DNA of 63,941 nt, counting the filler, from Lenisia limosa (lineage: Eukaryota; Protista; Breviatea): NCBI GenBank assembly GCA_001655205.1. It is 16 parts of 16 records of this genome, joined end to end, with 100 filler letters (N's around TTAATTAATTAA, not from the genome) between each part and the next. Parts side by side here need not be neighbours in the genome. Positions count along the whole stretch, not along the records: positions 1 to 18,200 come from LPNZ01009456.1; positions 18,301 to 28,585 come from LPNZ01009477.1; positions 28,686 to 35,630 come from LPNZ01011474.1; 13 more parts are not named here. The stretch is one strand, 5' to 3'. The notes beneath the pieces are model-generated. The model was given only the letters and a program-made list of their open reading frames with translations. It was not told where the DNA came from and searched no databases. The position numbers and the translations under genes were made by a program. Each line of letters opens with the position of its first letter. Within the stretch, counting starts at the first letter, position 1. Positions 16,601 to 29,051 of this stretch are shown here, one piece after another.

Positions 16601-18144
16601 CTCATCTGCTTCTGTTTTTTTTTTTGTTTTTTGTTCTTTTTGCTTTTGCTTGTTAGTGGACCGAAGACAGCTTAGCTTGTATTATTAAAGGAAAACAACC
16701 ATATTAAACCTAGGCGCCTCCCTTCACTGACCTTCAGAACCACACCCGCTCTCTGTCCATTGAGACCCGTGCTCTCTCCATCTACCAACTGGACGCCAAC
16801 TTCGGCTCTCCTTTCACGTAGGCTGCCATCTTATTCTTTCATCATATCTCTTCACAGCCTTCCGATGCTCCATCTTCCCTTTCTTCATATTTGGCACCTT
16901 TGATTCCACTCAGTCGCAACTTCGCCAACGCTATCCGCATTCTCCCCAAGACCCTTGACTCCGCTTCTGACAAGGCCATTTACACGTGGGCGAGGGGTTG
17001 CATATATCCTTCCTGCTTCTGAACATCGCGGAAGACCGAATGTGACCAAACAGTCGCTTCCTGAAGTCCTTCGGAACCCACTACGTCGTTTCCGCCGACT
17101 ACGGAGGAAAGCTCAACGTCACGTGAGAGGGCTTTTGTCATTTTTGTTGCTTTTTTCATCTTTGCTCTTCTTCTTTTCCCCAGAAGCGGTTTAGCCTCCC
17201 TCTGTGTAATTTCCACAGCATTGCCTACAACCTCGACCTTCTTGATAAGTACGACGCCCAATGGGTTGACACCCAGATCGACCTTGCCGTCACCTGGGGT
17301 GGGCAGGGCTTGTGCTTTATGTTTTTGGACTATCAGAGTACGCACAAGATATCTTCTTCTCACGTTGGAGTTCTTTGACTGATACAGGTGAAATCAACGC
17401 TGGTATTCACTCCGAGCGCAACGAAACCACCAAGCACAACTCTGAGGATTTCACTGTGGGGGGGGGGGGGTCTTGTCGATGTTATAAGTTGGTATGTCCA
17501 CGCCACCCCTTTCTTTACTCTGGCCCCTTGCTTTACTCTGGCCTAGGAGCATTCCGACACTATCGTCGAGCATGTTGGTGGTACTGGAGACTACGACAAC
17601 GATAAGGACTATGAAAAGTGGGTAGAACGTTATCAAAATAATCCTTTGTTTCTGTTTCCGTTCGTTCTTCTCCAAGCCTTGGCGTAACCCCCCCTCCCCA
17701 GGTGGGCCTCAAGCCTCATGGACTGGCCCGGATGGATCCAGGAGAAGACCATTCTCATGCCCATCACTGACGTCATTGACGACCCTGTATGCTGCTTACT
17801 ATATTTGGAATGCCGCATTAGGCTGCCTATCTCAGTTGTTCCCACTTTCCTTGTTTTGAGTCACTTACCATATTAGGAAGTTGCTGCTAACGTTGCCACC
17901 ATGGCTGTGGAATACATCAACGCCAACGCCAAGCCTAAGGTAAGAAAATGTCATCTGTGAACCTTGACAAAGCTCCATTCTTCCCTTCCCCTCGATCTTT
18001 TACACCCATCAGTATCGTAATTCTAATCATCACTATCATCCGAGGAGTTACCTGAGATTGTATTTTCCATAATTTCACACTTCAGGTCCAGGCACCTCCC
18101 ACTTTCAAGCCCCGCGCTGACCACGCCACCCCCGAATGGCCCGG
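13650..18144 (+). CDS. Secreted perforin-like protein with two tandem MACPF domains (3' end lost at linker)
   Basis: Signal peptide MALTQTFCVALALLFAAAFA. Domain 1 runs IPGLDQAIGHGYD..YK|VPDQL..YGTDYSPNAHYGG (15015-15053)..GGGN..YEKWIQHV..PVALYPSLEPIYSLI. Domain 2 runs IPGLRSGVGLGYD..YK|VPDQV..FGTHYVVSADYGG (17070-17108)..VGG..YEKWASS..LMPITDVI. Both fit the MACPF signature (Y/W/F)G(T/S)H(F/Y)x6GG, with D for H in domain 1. Confidence 0.88.
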
Positions 18145-18244
18145 GTAGGAGGGCTGCAACGGGTCTGTTCATTATTGGCTTCGTCATCTTGCCATCATCA
18201 NNNNNNNNNNNNNNNNNNNNNNNNNNNNNNNNNNNNNNNNNNNN

Positions 18245-18256
18245 TTAATTAATTAA
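18245..18256. other. Artificial six-frame-stop scaffold linker TTAATTAATTAA in ~100-bp N block (first of 15)
   Basis: The identical 12-mer flanked by ~44 N on each side also starts at 28630, 35675, 38323, 39811, 41278, 42886, 47002, 48462, 52129, 54065, 56290, 58656, 60330 and 62725; genes are cut at these points. Confidence 0.97.
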
Positions 18257-18300
18257 NNNNNNNNNNNNNNNNNNNNNNNNNNNNNNNNNNNNNNNNNNNN

Positions 18301-21300
18301 AGGTCTTTGGTTGCGTACATGACCTCCCTCTTGTCCTGCAAACGCGTCTCAAAACACTGGAGGCATATTATTCCAGCTCAGATGAATTACACACACGAGG
18401 AGTGTTATTCCAGGCGATGAATGACACGAGGAACAAGGGGAGGAGTGAGGCGATGAGAGCATAAACAGTTGTTGCCCACCTGGATGAACTTCTGACAGGC
18501 CGCAAGTGGCACCCTTGTGTCTACAATGGAACTGTCCTGGGAGGGGGGGGGGGGNNNNNNNNNNNNNNNNNNNNNNNNNNNNNNNNNNNNNNNNNNNNNN
18601 NNNNNNNNNNNNNNNNNNNNNNNNNNNNNNNNNNNNNNNNNNNNNNNNNNNNNNNNNNNNNNNNNNNNNNNNNNNNNNNNNNNNNNNNNNNNNNNNNNNN
18701 NNNNNNNNNNNNNNNNNNNNNNNNNNNNNNNNNNNNNNNNNNNNNNNNNNNNNNNNNNNNNNNNNNNNNNNNNNNNNNNNNNNNNNNNNNNNNNNNNNNN
18801 NNNNNNNNNNNNNNNNGTTCTTTTTCGAACCAAGTGAAACCCTAGAAACTAAGCCCAAGCCCACAAGGAACACCTGTCTCAGAAGGTCAGGATAGTGAGG
18901 GCCTGTAGCCCGACAAATGGACCGCAATGCCTCCATAAGGCTGCCCATCTGCAGGGGTGAGGTTGAAAAAAATAAAATAATAATAAGAGGAAGACGCAGT
19001 TTCTTATTGCAAGTTCATAAACATGAGGCTTTTCAGCCATCAAAGGTCTGCTACAAACCTGCATTTGGAGCATGCCACCAGTCATGGCCTTGGCAATGTG
19101 GTACACAAGGGTTGGCAGGGCTGGTTGCATCTATGTGTCAGATTGGTCTTTTGAATTGTGTTGAGCTTTCCTATTACCATAGAATTGTTGAGATTATTCA
19201 GCCCTCTCACTTCAGTCATCACAGTTGACGAGATAATGTTCATCTTTTCTGGCCTAAAAAGGTTAACATTACATGGATAGAAGTAGCAAAAGAGTGACAG
19301 GAGAAGTGGGATTGAGAACCACAGAATTGAATAGGCTTTCCCAACAACCAAAGAAAATATATTACCATCTACTTTTGCTTTCTTAAGCTATAAGATCTCC
19401 CCCTCTACGTTATCCTGGCTGGAGTGGACATGGACAGTTTGCCGGCGGTCATGCAGAGCNNNNNNNNNNNNNNNNNNNNNNNNNNNNNNNNNNNNNNNNN
19501 NNNNNNNNNNNNNNNNNNNNNNNNNNNNNNNNNNNNNNNNNNNNNNNNNNNNNNNNNNNNNNNNNNNNGCAAGGTTAGATTGATTAGATTGCTGCAATAA
19601 AGCCTGAACAAGACATACATAATAACAACAACATAATAAAAGAAAAAGGGGGTAGCAAAAGAATAGATATTATTTGCTGGTGACTTAATATACTTATGGA
19701 CACAGTTACCACCCCCCCCCCCCCNNNNNNNNNNNNNNNNNNNNNNNNNNNNNNNNNNNNNNNNNNNNNNNNNNNNNNNNNNNNNNNNNNNNNNNNNNNN
19801 NNNNNNNNNNNNNNNNNNNNNNNNNNNNNNNNNNNNNNNNNNNNNNNNNNNNNNNNNNNNNNNNNNNNNNNNNNNNNNNNNNNNNNNNNNNNNNNNNNNN
19901 NNNNNNNNNNNNNNNNNNNNNNNNNNNAAAAAAAATTTGGTGATAAAAACTAAATTAGCCTGACAGCAGAAACAGTTGTCTTTTAATAAATAAAACAGTA
20001 TAGCTAAGACAATGTTCAGTTGTTCGGCAGTATTAGGTTCACTTCGTTTCGAAAAATACTGATAACATATCGATAGCTTTCGAAGATTTATCGAGACATT
20101 CAGTCCTTTTTCGAACCGAAGTGATTAGGCAGTATTGAAAGAACCCCTTCCCACTAGATTCGGGAGCCTTGTCATCCTTTTCGCGTCCGACTTGACTGGA
20201 TGCCTAAACAGTCAGTGGTGGGAGATACAGTCACAGCCCAAAATCAACTCTGTTGGCTGACAACACACGAGGGTTGATAACAAGTTAACTGTCCCCCTTT
20301 TGAAAATCATGGGCACATACCTGAGCGGCAACATGGGGGTTATTGAAGGCCCTCATGGAGGTTTCAGAAATCATGCTCAGTACCTGGGAGAACGTTGGAA
20401 CCAGCTCGCTGCGAAATGAAAGGGAAGCTGACATTGGTTTATAAATGGAAATATAGATAATGTAGCGAAATCACTGGCTCATACTTGACATCGTCTCAAT
20501 CCAAAACCCAGTCTTATCATATAAAACTGAAGCCTCCCCATTCTCCAATACAAAATTCTCCTCAACACCCCCTCTTACGGTACACCAGCATAGAAATGGT
20601 TCAGTTTTGAGATGAGGAAGAGAATGGAGCAATGGGGATGGACAGAGAAGACTTTGCAGAGCAACTCAAGGAGCTGTGGGGAAGGAGTTAGATGAACATG
20701 CACGCACAAATAAAGTATATTATGTGCATATATAATATATAACAAGTTGTATAAAGAAAAACGGTCGAGAACTGAACGGGCATCACCTTGGGTACAGTGG
20801 GAAGGAAAAGGTCTTCCTGGTCATTCTGGAGAGCCGTGATGTTCTTTTGGGCCAGAGTGATGAAGAGCTGGGACATGGCTTCGAAGAGGTCGGGGGATGA
20901 CTGGGGGGATTGTGATAAAACAGTTCTGTGACANNNNNNNNNNNNNNNNNNNNNNNNNNNNNNNNNNNNNNNNNNNNNNNNNNNNNNNNNNNNNNNNNNN
21001 NNNNNNNNNNNNNNNNNNNNNNNNNNNNNNNNNNNNNNNNNNNNNNTGCAAAAGAAGCTCGTGGGTTCAACCCAAAAGCATTCCAATAATAATGGTGAAG
21101 AGGAACGGAAAAAGCTCTCTTTGTAAAAGATCAATGTATGCTCTTGCCTGATGCTTTATGCAATTATTCGCTCTCCACCCACGACGTATTTCTCGAGGAC
21201 TGGCTGGATGATGCTGAGGATGGAGTTGGCGACTGCAGGGATAGGGTTGACCTGGGGGTCACGGGAAGGACGGGTACATTTTGAAAGAAAGGGGTTATAA

Positions 21301-24300
21301 ACTACATGCCCTTGCTCAGCGAGGGAATCAAAAAATGATACAGGGAACAATACCGCAAAATGCCATTCGAGAAGCAAACGAATCAACTGCCCCCCCTCTA
21401 TTGCTTAGTCTTTAAAGTGTAAAAATATGAGGTCACCGTAAATTAGGTTCGGATATCCCTGATAATTTTCTCGAACTATAACTTGCTTTAAGGGGAGAAA
21501 GCCCCTCACGATGAAGTGACTGTTGTGGGTGTAGGATCTGAAGAGGCTGCGAAGGAGGAAGAGAGCCTCAATGTGGTCTGGAAGTGCCAGATCGGCGTTC
21601 TAGGAGGGTCAATCGGAACCCTGGAAAAGAAACAATTAATATATCACCTATTCAAAAAACAATTTAAGACCTTGACGCCCNNNNNNNNNNNNNNNNNNNN
21701 NNNNNNNNNNNNNNNNNNNNNNNNNNNNNNNNNNNNNNNNNNNNNNNNNNNNNNNNNNNNNNNNNNNNNNNNNNNNNNNNNNNNNNNNNGTCCTCAACAC
21801 ACTCGATAACCTTAAACAGTATGAACATAATCGCCACTTCGGCAAAAAAATAGTTTAGAGAAATTCGTTCATTTATGAGGACATCAGACTCAAGTAACAG
21901 CATTCTTCAGCTACCCTACCTCCGATACACCGACAATAAGCTCCTCTCTGTCGCACTGCTTCAAACTGGACGTGGCCCTGCAGGCACGCATAGACTCGAA
22001 AACAGACACGACGTCCGCTGTCTTACCAAGCTCAACAAGCAGTTCGGCTCCTGCGCCGTGTGAGAAAGGAATTTCACTGAGACGAGAGGAAAATGAAATT
22101 AATACTAGTAATATATGATATGATGTACAACAAGAAGAGATTCAGGGCAATCAAGGCAGTAATCCATTTCATATTTCATTGTCAATCACCCATCTACCCA
22201 TGACCCCCATAGTCAACACACCTGAGTTACACAGTTTGGAGAAGCAGAGGGCACCCGCGGCACATACACGCGAATTTGGGTCTTTCTAAAAGACGTAAAG
22301 AACCCATTGCTCTGAAGGTTAGCAATACCCCAGGTTTTATACTTTGATCCAAGAAAGAAAAAGGTCCTTCTAATATACAATGCCGCCGCCCACCAAGCTT
22401 TCGACTGCGAAGTTGACTGCCCCGAGGAGGGAGTCAGGCTTGTTTGCCAGTAACGCGGTGTATGAGGCGAAGACGCGCAGAGATGAGTATCTAAGGATAA
22501 TCAATACGTATTTCTCAGACAAATAAGTAGGAATCTAAACGGCCATCTATTGAATCGCATATTTGGAGCCTGGATAAATCTCCTGTTATACTGGTAGACA
22601 CTCACCCCCAACCTGACGGTATCATGCTGTCCCTGTGAGTTCTTGAGGATGGACACTCTCTGCAACATCGAGCTGATGATCTCGGTAATCTCCCTGTTGT
22701 TTTGGTCCATGATGCGAGCGTAGGGCCTGAGAGTTAAATGAGGGTATTGCGGAGAACTTTGGAGAGGGGTAATTAAAAAAAAAGGGGGGGAGGGGGGGAA
22801 TTAGGGGGGGAATCTACAATATGTAATGGGTTGTATCTAGGGCTTCAGTTCGGTTCGAAAAAACCCGATGAATTATCGAGGATTTATCGAGAAACTCAGT
22901 CTTTTTTTTTTGAACTGAAGTGAAGCCCTAGTTGTATCATATGAAGTTGTTTCAAACACCTACCGCATAGCATAGAGAACAGCCTCGGTGGTTTCCCACG
23001 GCAGGTCTGGCGAGAGCCCAAAGAGCATCTCAGCAAGAGTCCTGAGAGGTCAGACCTTCACGAAGACTACCCCAAGGAGTTCTATTTCAACCTCCAAATA
23101 GAAAAATGTCCTTGGGGTATCAAAACACCGAATGTCACAAAATCACCATTGGTTCTTATTTTCCAGGACTTATTCGGACGAAAAGAAAGAAGCCCGCCTC
23201 CCACCTAATGTACCCATCATCAAGAAGAAGACCCATGTCATTGAGGTGACTGTCTGCGAGCGTAAAATGCAAACACAAAACATAGTCTCAAGACGAAACA
23301 CAAAACATAGTCCCAGTACGAAAAAATCTCCTCTCCAAAATCCCGTGTCGGACTATCACAAAGGATATAAACATAGACCCACTTATCTCAGGATAATGGT
23401 GGACAACACATTTGGTTTTGTATAAAACACTAGCATTAGAGCTCCTCTGCCCTTCCCCCCACAGATCAAATCTCTGAACTGCTCGCAGGACTCTTTGCCG
23501 TCATTGGGCAGACTATCGAAATTACTCGGGAACCTGAGCTGCAACACAAGGGCCTTCACAGCCTCCACCAGGATCTAGGGACAATCAGAGATCAGCGTAA
23601 GTCATCTGAAGCCAATGTTCTATCAAATAGAACTACATTGAGTCTCCAATTGTTAGGACACATTTACCAGTAGAAGTACGAACACACTCACCCCTCTGAA
23701 AGCCTCGCGCTTCTCAGGCGTGCTATGATCCACCATGGTCTCATGGAAGCGGTACCTTTAGGAAATGACGGCGGAACAGCCAAAAAGACTCGACAAAAAA
23801 GAGCCACAACTTGGGCTTCACTTCGGTTCGAAAAAAACAGGTGAAATATCGACAGTTTTTGAGGATTTTCCAGAGAAATTCAGTCATTTTCCGTACCGAA
23901 GTACCCACAACGCAAACAAACCAGAATGGTAGGGTTATGGACGCGATTTCCTTTTCAGGGTTCTGCAGCCCCACAAGCATGAAGAGCATGATCTGTTGTC
24001 CTACAGCCATTATTAGAATCTCAATAAGCTAAGACTGAACAAAAATCTTGGCATTTCTTCAGCCCCCCTTGTAGCGCACCGATTTCCTGTCCCTGTAAAA
24101 TGGCTTCGGAGCAAAGGCTTGAGGAAGCTACCTCTGTCACAGTCGCAAGAACTCGGCGCTATAAATATGAGGGGGGGGGGGAGTAAAAATGGAATATTTA
24201 TGAAACAAAAAAAACCCAAATCAACTCTGATGGCTGACAACACAACAACAAAACAAACAAAGCCCAGGTCAGTCGCTTTTGCAGCACCGCGTCCCATCAC

Positions 24301-27300
24301 TCATAAATAAAACCAAACCATTCTGTTGGAGACACGCACAGGATTGTTAATGAAAATGAAATATCTCAATTTAATAATACTGATGAAACGTCAAATTAAC
24401 TGAGCAGTCCTTGAGGGGTGATCAATGTTAATCAATAATTGCTCTTGGTTTCCAACCAGCTCCCATGCCCACCATGGTTTCTTCATCACCAGACTGACGA
24501 GAAGTGTCGAAAAGCTGACGCGTGGAAACAACTAGGCGGTCAGTGATGCCTAACTGCAAAGCTATGATTAAGGCTTCACTTCGGTTCAAAAAAAGACTGA
24601 ATTTCTCGATAAATCCTCGAAAACTATCGATATTTTACTGATCTTTTTCGAACCGAAGTGAAGCCCAAGCTATGATGCTAATCGCTTTTGATTTCAACAG
24701 AGAACCATTTTGCGCTTCCAGTTGAAAGACTCAACCTCAAACTCTTTGTGATGAAGGTTCCAAGTTGCATGCAGATAGTTGCTTCAAGTTCGGGAACATG
24801 GATGCAGTCCTCTACAGTGGGGAGTAAAAAGAAGGAAATTTCGATGAAGAATAGTGGCGTAAAGGTACTAATCACGAACTGAATCATCTGAAACTCCAGA
24901 CAAACAAAAAAAAACAAGCAATAACAAACATTAGCAACCAACGCTACAACTAGAAAAAAGCCAGATGACAAAAACACAAAAACAAAACAAGTCCGAGCCA
25001 GCCTTTGGTCCCACCACCGCTCGATCACCCAAACGTACCTGTAAGGCGTTGGGAAATGTTAACAAATCCGACTTATTAACGGTCGCAACCCAATCATAAC
25101 GCTTAGAGCCGTCCCAAGCATACGACCCCCGAGGGGAGGTAAAGATGGAAAATTTTTAATATATCATATGTATACAAAACCAGAATCAACTCTGCTGGCT
25201 AAGCATTTGGGGGGGGGGGGCTAGTGGAAATAACAATTAATGGACAACAAACATTTTCCAAAACCTCATAGCGATTTAGAAACAAAATAAAGCCAAAGTC
25301 CCATCCCCTCAAATATGCTATGCCACCAACTGAGAAGACGAATGTACTCCAGCAACAATTCCATAGCGCTGTCTCCAGCCTCTTCGTCGTTGAGCTTGCT
25401 GAGTGCCACGTCCTAAGGAGTGACTATCTGGGTGCAGGGAATTGAACAGAGTAAAAACAAATAATTACACAGGTTGCGAGGAGAGACGTTATGGGTACAG
25501 CTTTGGCCATGTGATACTATAAACATGGTTTTGTATTATAAACGTTTGATAGGCATAATTAAGCAGTTGTGTGACACAAAAAGTCGTCATGAGAAGAGAC
25601 TTTTGGCAGATAACAGGATATTTGACAATACCCCCCTCTCACAGTAAAGGGAGAAGTCACGATAGGTGCCACGTCATATCCAGTGTTGCGAATGATGGAT
25701 GCCATACACATCAGAACCTGGAAGTCAGCACGCTCAAAACCAGATACCAGGATCAATGCGTTGCAATATAAGAGGCAATGGAAGTGTTGTGCAAAAAACA
25801 TTCAACTAACCGTGAGATTGAAATACTTGTCATATTTGTTTTTCAATAGTATTATGGGACAATAAAGAACCTTTGCTCTCTAATAATTTATTCAGCTTTT
25901 AAGCAGATTGGACATTAACCCCCACCTCAGAATTGGAATAGAATTCGGCCGGTGTGGCCACATTGGGGTTGGGCTGGATGAGGTATTGGATTGCACGCGG
26001 TGCACCAGCGCGCACCCTGTTTACTGCTGCACGCGACTCATCAGGCTGGAGGGNNNNNNNNNNNNNNNNNNNNNNNNNNNNNNNNNNNNNNNNNNNNNNN
26101 NNNNNNNNNNNNNNNNNNNNNNNNNNNNNNNNNNNNNNNNNNNNNNNNNNNNNNNNNNNNNNNNNNNNNNNAACAGGTACAAGACATGTAGCATGGAAAA
26201 TATGAATAGCCCCACAAGAAGATCGTAATGCTGTTTGAAGGCTTCGTCCGATATGGCAGTAAGGAACGAAACACACAGCATTTCAAGTCCGGGTTGGTTG
26301 AAAGCTTGTACTGGAATGTCAGAAAATGTCGCCTTCAAGAAATATGTTCTCCTCAACTTCCCTTACCGATATCGCCAATAGGGTCCTCCCACGTCGGCAT
26401 TCTCATAGCCAGGGCAGAGAGCATAGCCAAGAGGAGGCGGACAACAACCTCATGTCCCTCTTGCTTCAGGAACTACGAAGGAAATCACAAACTAATGTGT
26501 TTTCATACATATCATATGTGTATTTTTTTATATTGCTCAACTATATAATCATATACTTTACTAGCTAAATATTTGAGATGCATAAGGGGTTTAACACAAG
26601 AAAAAAAGGAGGAAGTGGGGGGTGCAATGGGAATTTCTGAAAACAAAAATAATACACTAAATTCCATAAACATAAATCAACACATTATGAATCTTGAATA
26701 TAAGAGTGCGGTAATACAAACTAATACTACAAACTAATAGAAGAAGAGAATAACAATAACGCCATAACCAAATTGATTCTAATAACGCCGCAACCAAATT
26801 GATTCTAATAATAACGCCGCAACCAAATTGATTCTACTGTTCAATACATTGCACTACTCCTGCAGAACTCAAGAAAAATTTTCAAAGATATAAGGATATG
26901 AAATTATTCAAAAAAAAAGGGGGGGGGGTAACTATCCCCCAAAAAACATCCCTCGCCAACGTTTTGAATATGGGTTAGAACTGAGTTCTTAAGACCGGTC
27001 ACTGACTCTTTGGGCAATTCGCGGAATGACAAGGATGTCTGAGAGGAAATGATTGGGGATCAAAAAACGGTTGTTTATGCAAGTAACCGTTAGCCTGGGA
27101 GAAATGCTCCAAGCTTGGTAGTCCAGTTGTGTCCCCTCAAATCACCTTGTTCTTCAAAATTGTGGCAACAAAAGAATAGACTGTGATTGGAAGACCCGGG
27201 GTGCGAAGAAGACCATCACAGAGAGACCAAGCATGAGGCTAAATTCATAAGACCTGAAGCTTAATAAAAGAGTTTACGCTTTTAAGGAACGATTTGAGCC

Positions 27301-27438
27301 AAACATGAGCCTGGTGCTGGCGGTTAACATCACTAGGATTATAGAAGGCGCTGATAGCCTCCACAACCTGTTTATATAAGATAAGATGTATATACTGTAG
27401 CAATACTCTACCTGCTTGTCTGTGGGAGCAACTTCCAT
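18301..27438 (-). CDS. TNPO3: Importin-beta family karyopherin, transportin-SR/TNPO3 (Mtr10)/importin-13-like, many exons
   Basis: MEVAPTDKQ|VVEAISAFYNPSDVNRQHQAHVWLKSFLKS|PHAWSLCDGLL..VATILKNK|TSLSFRELPKESVTGLKNSVLTHIQN..VVRLLLAMLSALAMRMPTWEDPIGDI matches the TNPO3/IPO13 N-terminus; helical-repeat-like exons continue down to ~18300. Confidence 0.8.
20034..20127. mobile_element. MITE-A (hAT-type) copy with 8-bp TSD GGCAGTAT
   Basis: GGCAGTAT at 20026-20033 and 20128-20135; degenerate TIR TAGGTTCACTTCG..CGAAGTGATTA. Confidence 0.8.
22838..22930. mobile_element. MITE-A (hAT-type) copy with 8-bp TSD GTTGTATC
   Basis: TIR TAGGGCTTCAGTTCGGTTCGAAAAAA..TTTTTTGAACTGAAGTGAAGCCCTA; GTTGTATC at 22830-22837 and 22931-22938. 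Confidence 0.9.
23811..23905. mobile_element. MITE-A degenerate copy
   Basis: TTGGGCTTCACTTCGGTTCGAAAAAAA..CCGAAGTACC; partial flank repeat CCACAAC. Confidence 0.7.
24181..24300 (-). repeat. Intronic acceptor-associated repeat, module B, sense to TNPO3
   Basis: Reverse complement GTGATGGGACGCGGTGCTGCAAAAGCGACTGACCTGGGCTTTG..CCATTTTTACTCCCC runs into the C-tract and AG of a TNPO3 exon. Confidence 0.85.
24569..24668. mobile_element. MITE-A (hAT-type), 100 bp, 8-bp TSD GCTATGAT
   Basis: GCTATGAT at 24561-24568 and 24669-24676; TIR TAAGGCTTCACTTCGGTTC..GAACCGAAGTGAAGCCCAA. Confidence 0.92.
24811..24910 (-). repeat. Intronic acceptor-associated repeat, module A, sense to TNPO3
   Basis: Reverse complement GGAGTTTCAGATGATTCAGTTCGTGATTAGTACCTTTACGCC..GAAATTTCCTTCTTTTTACTCCCCACTGTAG leads directly into an exon. 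Confidence 0.8.
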
Positions 27439-27705
27439 GTTTCTAAGCCAACTAAACAAGAATTACGATACTTCTAACTGGTTACTTAAACAATTTGAGC
27501 AACAATCGTGTTTCTAAAAGGCTGTTTTTGACGAAAAAGCAATTTTTGTCAAAAGTGGCGCCGACGCAATGAGCGCCGTTTCTCTCAGCTTGCTTTTTCC
27601 TTTCCTTTTTTTGCCCTTCTTGCTCTCTCTTCCCATATATATCATGAAATAGAGAAAAAAATACGACTGCATGTCTGAATGCCTCAATCTTTGCCACCAA
27701 CGATC

Positions 27706-28540
27706 ATGGCAGCTATGGACGCGGACTTCAACTTCCCCTTCACTGCCTACCCTACCCAGAAGGAATTAATGAATGATGTCTACAACAAACTAGATAGTGG
27801 CGGAGTCGGCATCTTCGAGTCTCCTACAGGCACGGTATGTGTCTTCTATCAGATGTATTTTTGGCGCGTTGATTTATTTTTAACGGTCAAGGGAAAGTCA
27901 CTCGCTCTCCTTTGCTCCTCATTGACATGGTTGGAAAAGTCTCGTAAAAATGTGAGGGGTCAAAGCGTGATATTTATTGTTAATCTTGATTGTTATATTT
28001 CTTTTGGCTCAAAGTTGACTTTTTTTTTTTTTTTTTTTTTNNNNNNNNNNNNNNNNNNNNNNNNNNNNNNNNNNNNNNNNNNNNNNNNNNNNNNNNNNNN
28101 NNNNNNNNNNNNNNNNNNNNNNNNNNNNNNNNNNNNNNNNNNNNNNNNNNNNNNNNNNNNNNNNNNNNNNNNNNNNNNNNNNNNNNNGCGTTTGTTTGAA
28201 ATCAATTCAAAAATTTGTGATGATTGAGGAGTTAATTTGACTCAAATGCTCTCAGGACTAGCCAGCTGGGTCCATGAGCAAATTTCAGCCAATGATCTGA
28301 AGAGACAAGCGGAACATATTAGTCGGGTAAAGAAGCTCAAGGAAATTAGGCGTGACAAACTTGAGGAGGTGGGTTGGTATCTGAAAGCAAATCATATTGG
28401 TAGCCGTGTCACTTTTTTGGCATATTTTCACAGAAACATCATTATTGTGATTTTTCGACAAGTCTCAGTTGGTTATTGTTGATTGAGCACCTCATCATGA
28501 TTTAGGCTAGAAAGCAGGTGTTTTCTTACAAAGAGGTTTG
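27706..28540 (+). CDS. DDX11: DDX11/Chl1-type Fe-S DNA helicase, N-terminal fragment (cut by linker)
   Basis: MAAMDADFNFPFTAYPTQKELMNDVYNKLDSGGVGIFESPTGT|GKSLALLCSSLTWLEK (Q motif and Walker A of the Chl1/XPD family), followed by the charged SWVHEQ..RRDKLEE exon. Confidence 0.88.
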
Positions 28541-28952
28541 TGACCCGTACTTCCTTACTGATGTTCACAATATAGACAGAGGACGNNNNNNNNNNNNNNN
28601 NNNNNNNNNNNNNNNNNNNNNNNNNNNNNTTAATTAATTAANNNNNNNNNNNNNNNNNNNNNNNNNNNNNNNNNNNNNNNNNNNNATAGTGAGGTAAATA
28701 AAGGTGTGGACAATGTGAAGGGCCCACCTTTCTTTTGGCCTGGAATTGTTTGCCATCAGAGTCACCGGAGCGATTGGCAGTTTCCCTTCGGTAATAGGCC
28801 TGGTCTGGGATTGTCAGGGTTTTTATCATGAAGCAAAGTTTTAATGGGAAAGTTGTCTGGGATTTTCAAGTTTGTTATCAATAGAAAGTAGGGTTTCAAA
28901 TATGGAAGTTGTCTCCGATTGCAGATTAATCATCAAAGCACTTCATTTTATC

Positions 28953-29051
28953 TAGGGCTTCCTTATGATCCTAAAAAAAGACAACATTCTCGATAAATCT
29001 TCGATATATCGATATTTCCCCGGTATTTTTCTAACCGTAGTGGACGCCCTA
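28953..29051. mobile_element. MITE-A degenerate copy
   Basis: TAGGGCTTCC..GGACGCCCTA with the shared CTCGATAAATC/ATCGATATTT core; no TSD visible. Confidence 0.65.

Noticed and set aside
18245-18256. TTAATTAATTAA as a piggyBac TTAA site, telomeric motif or regulatory motif
   Set aside because: It is always centred in ~100-bp N blocks, which marks a six-frame-stop assembly linker.
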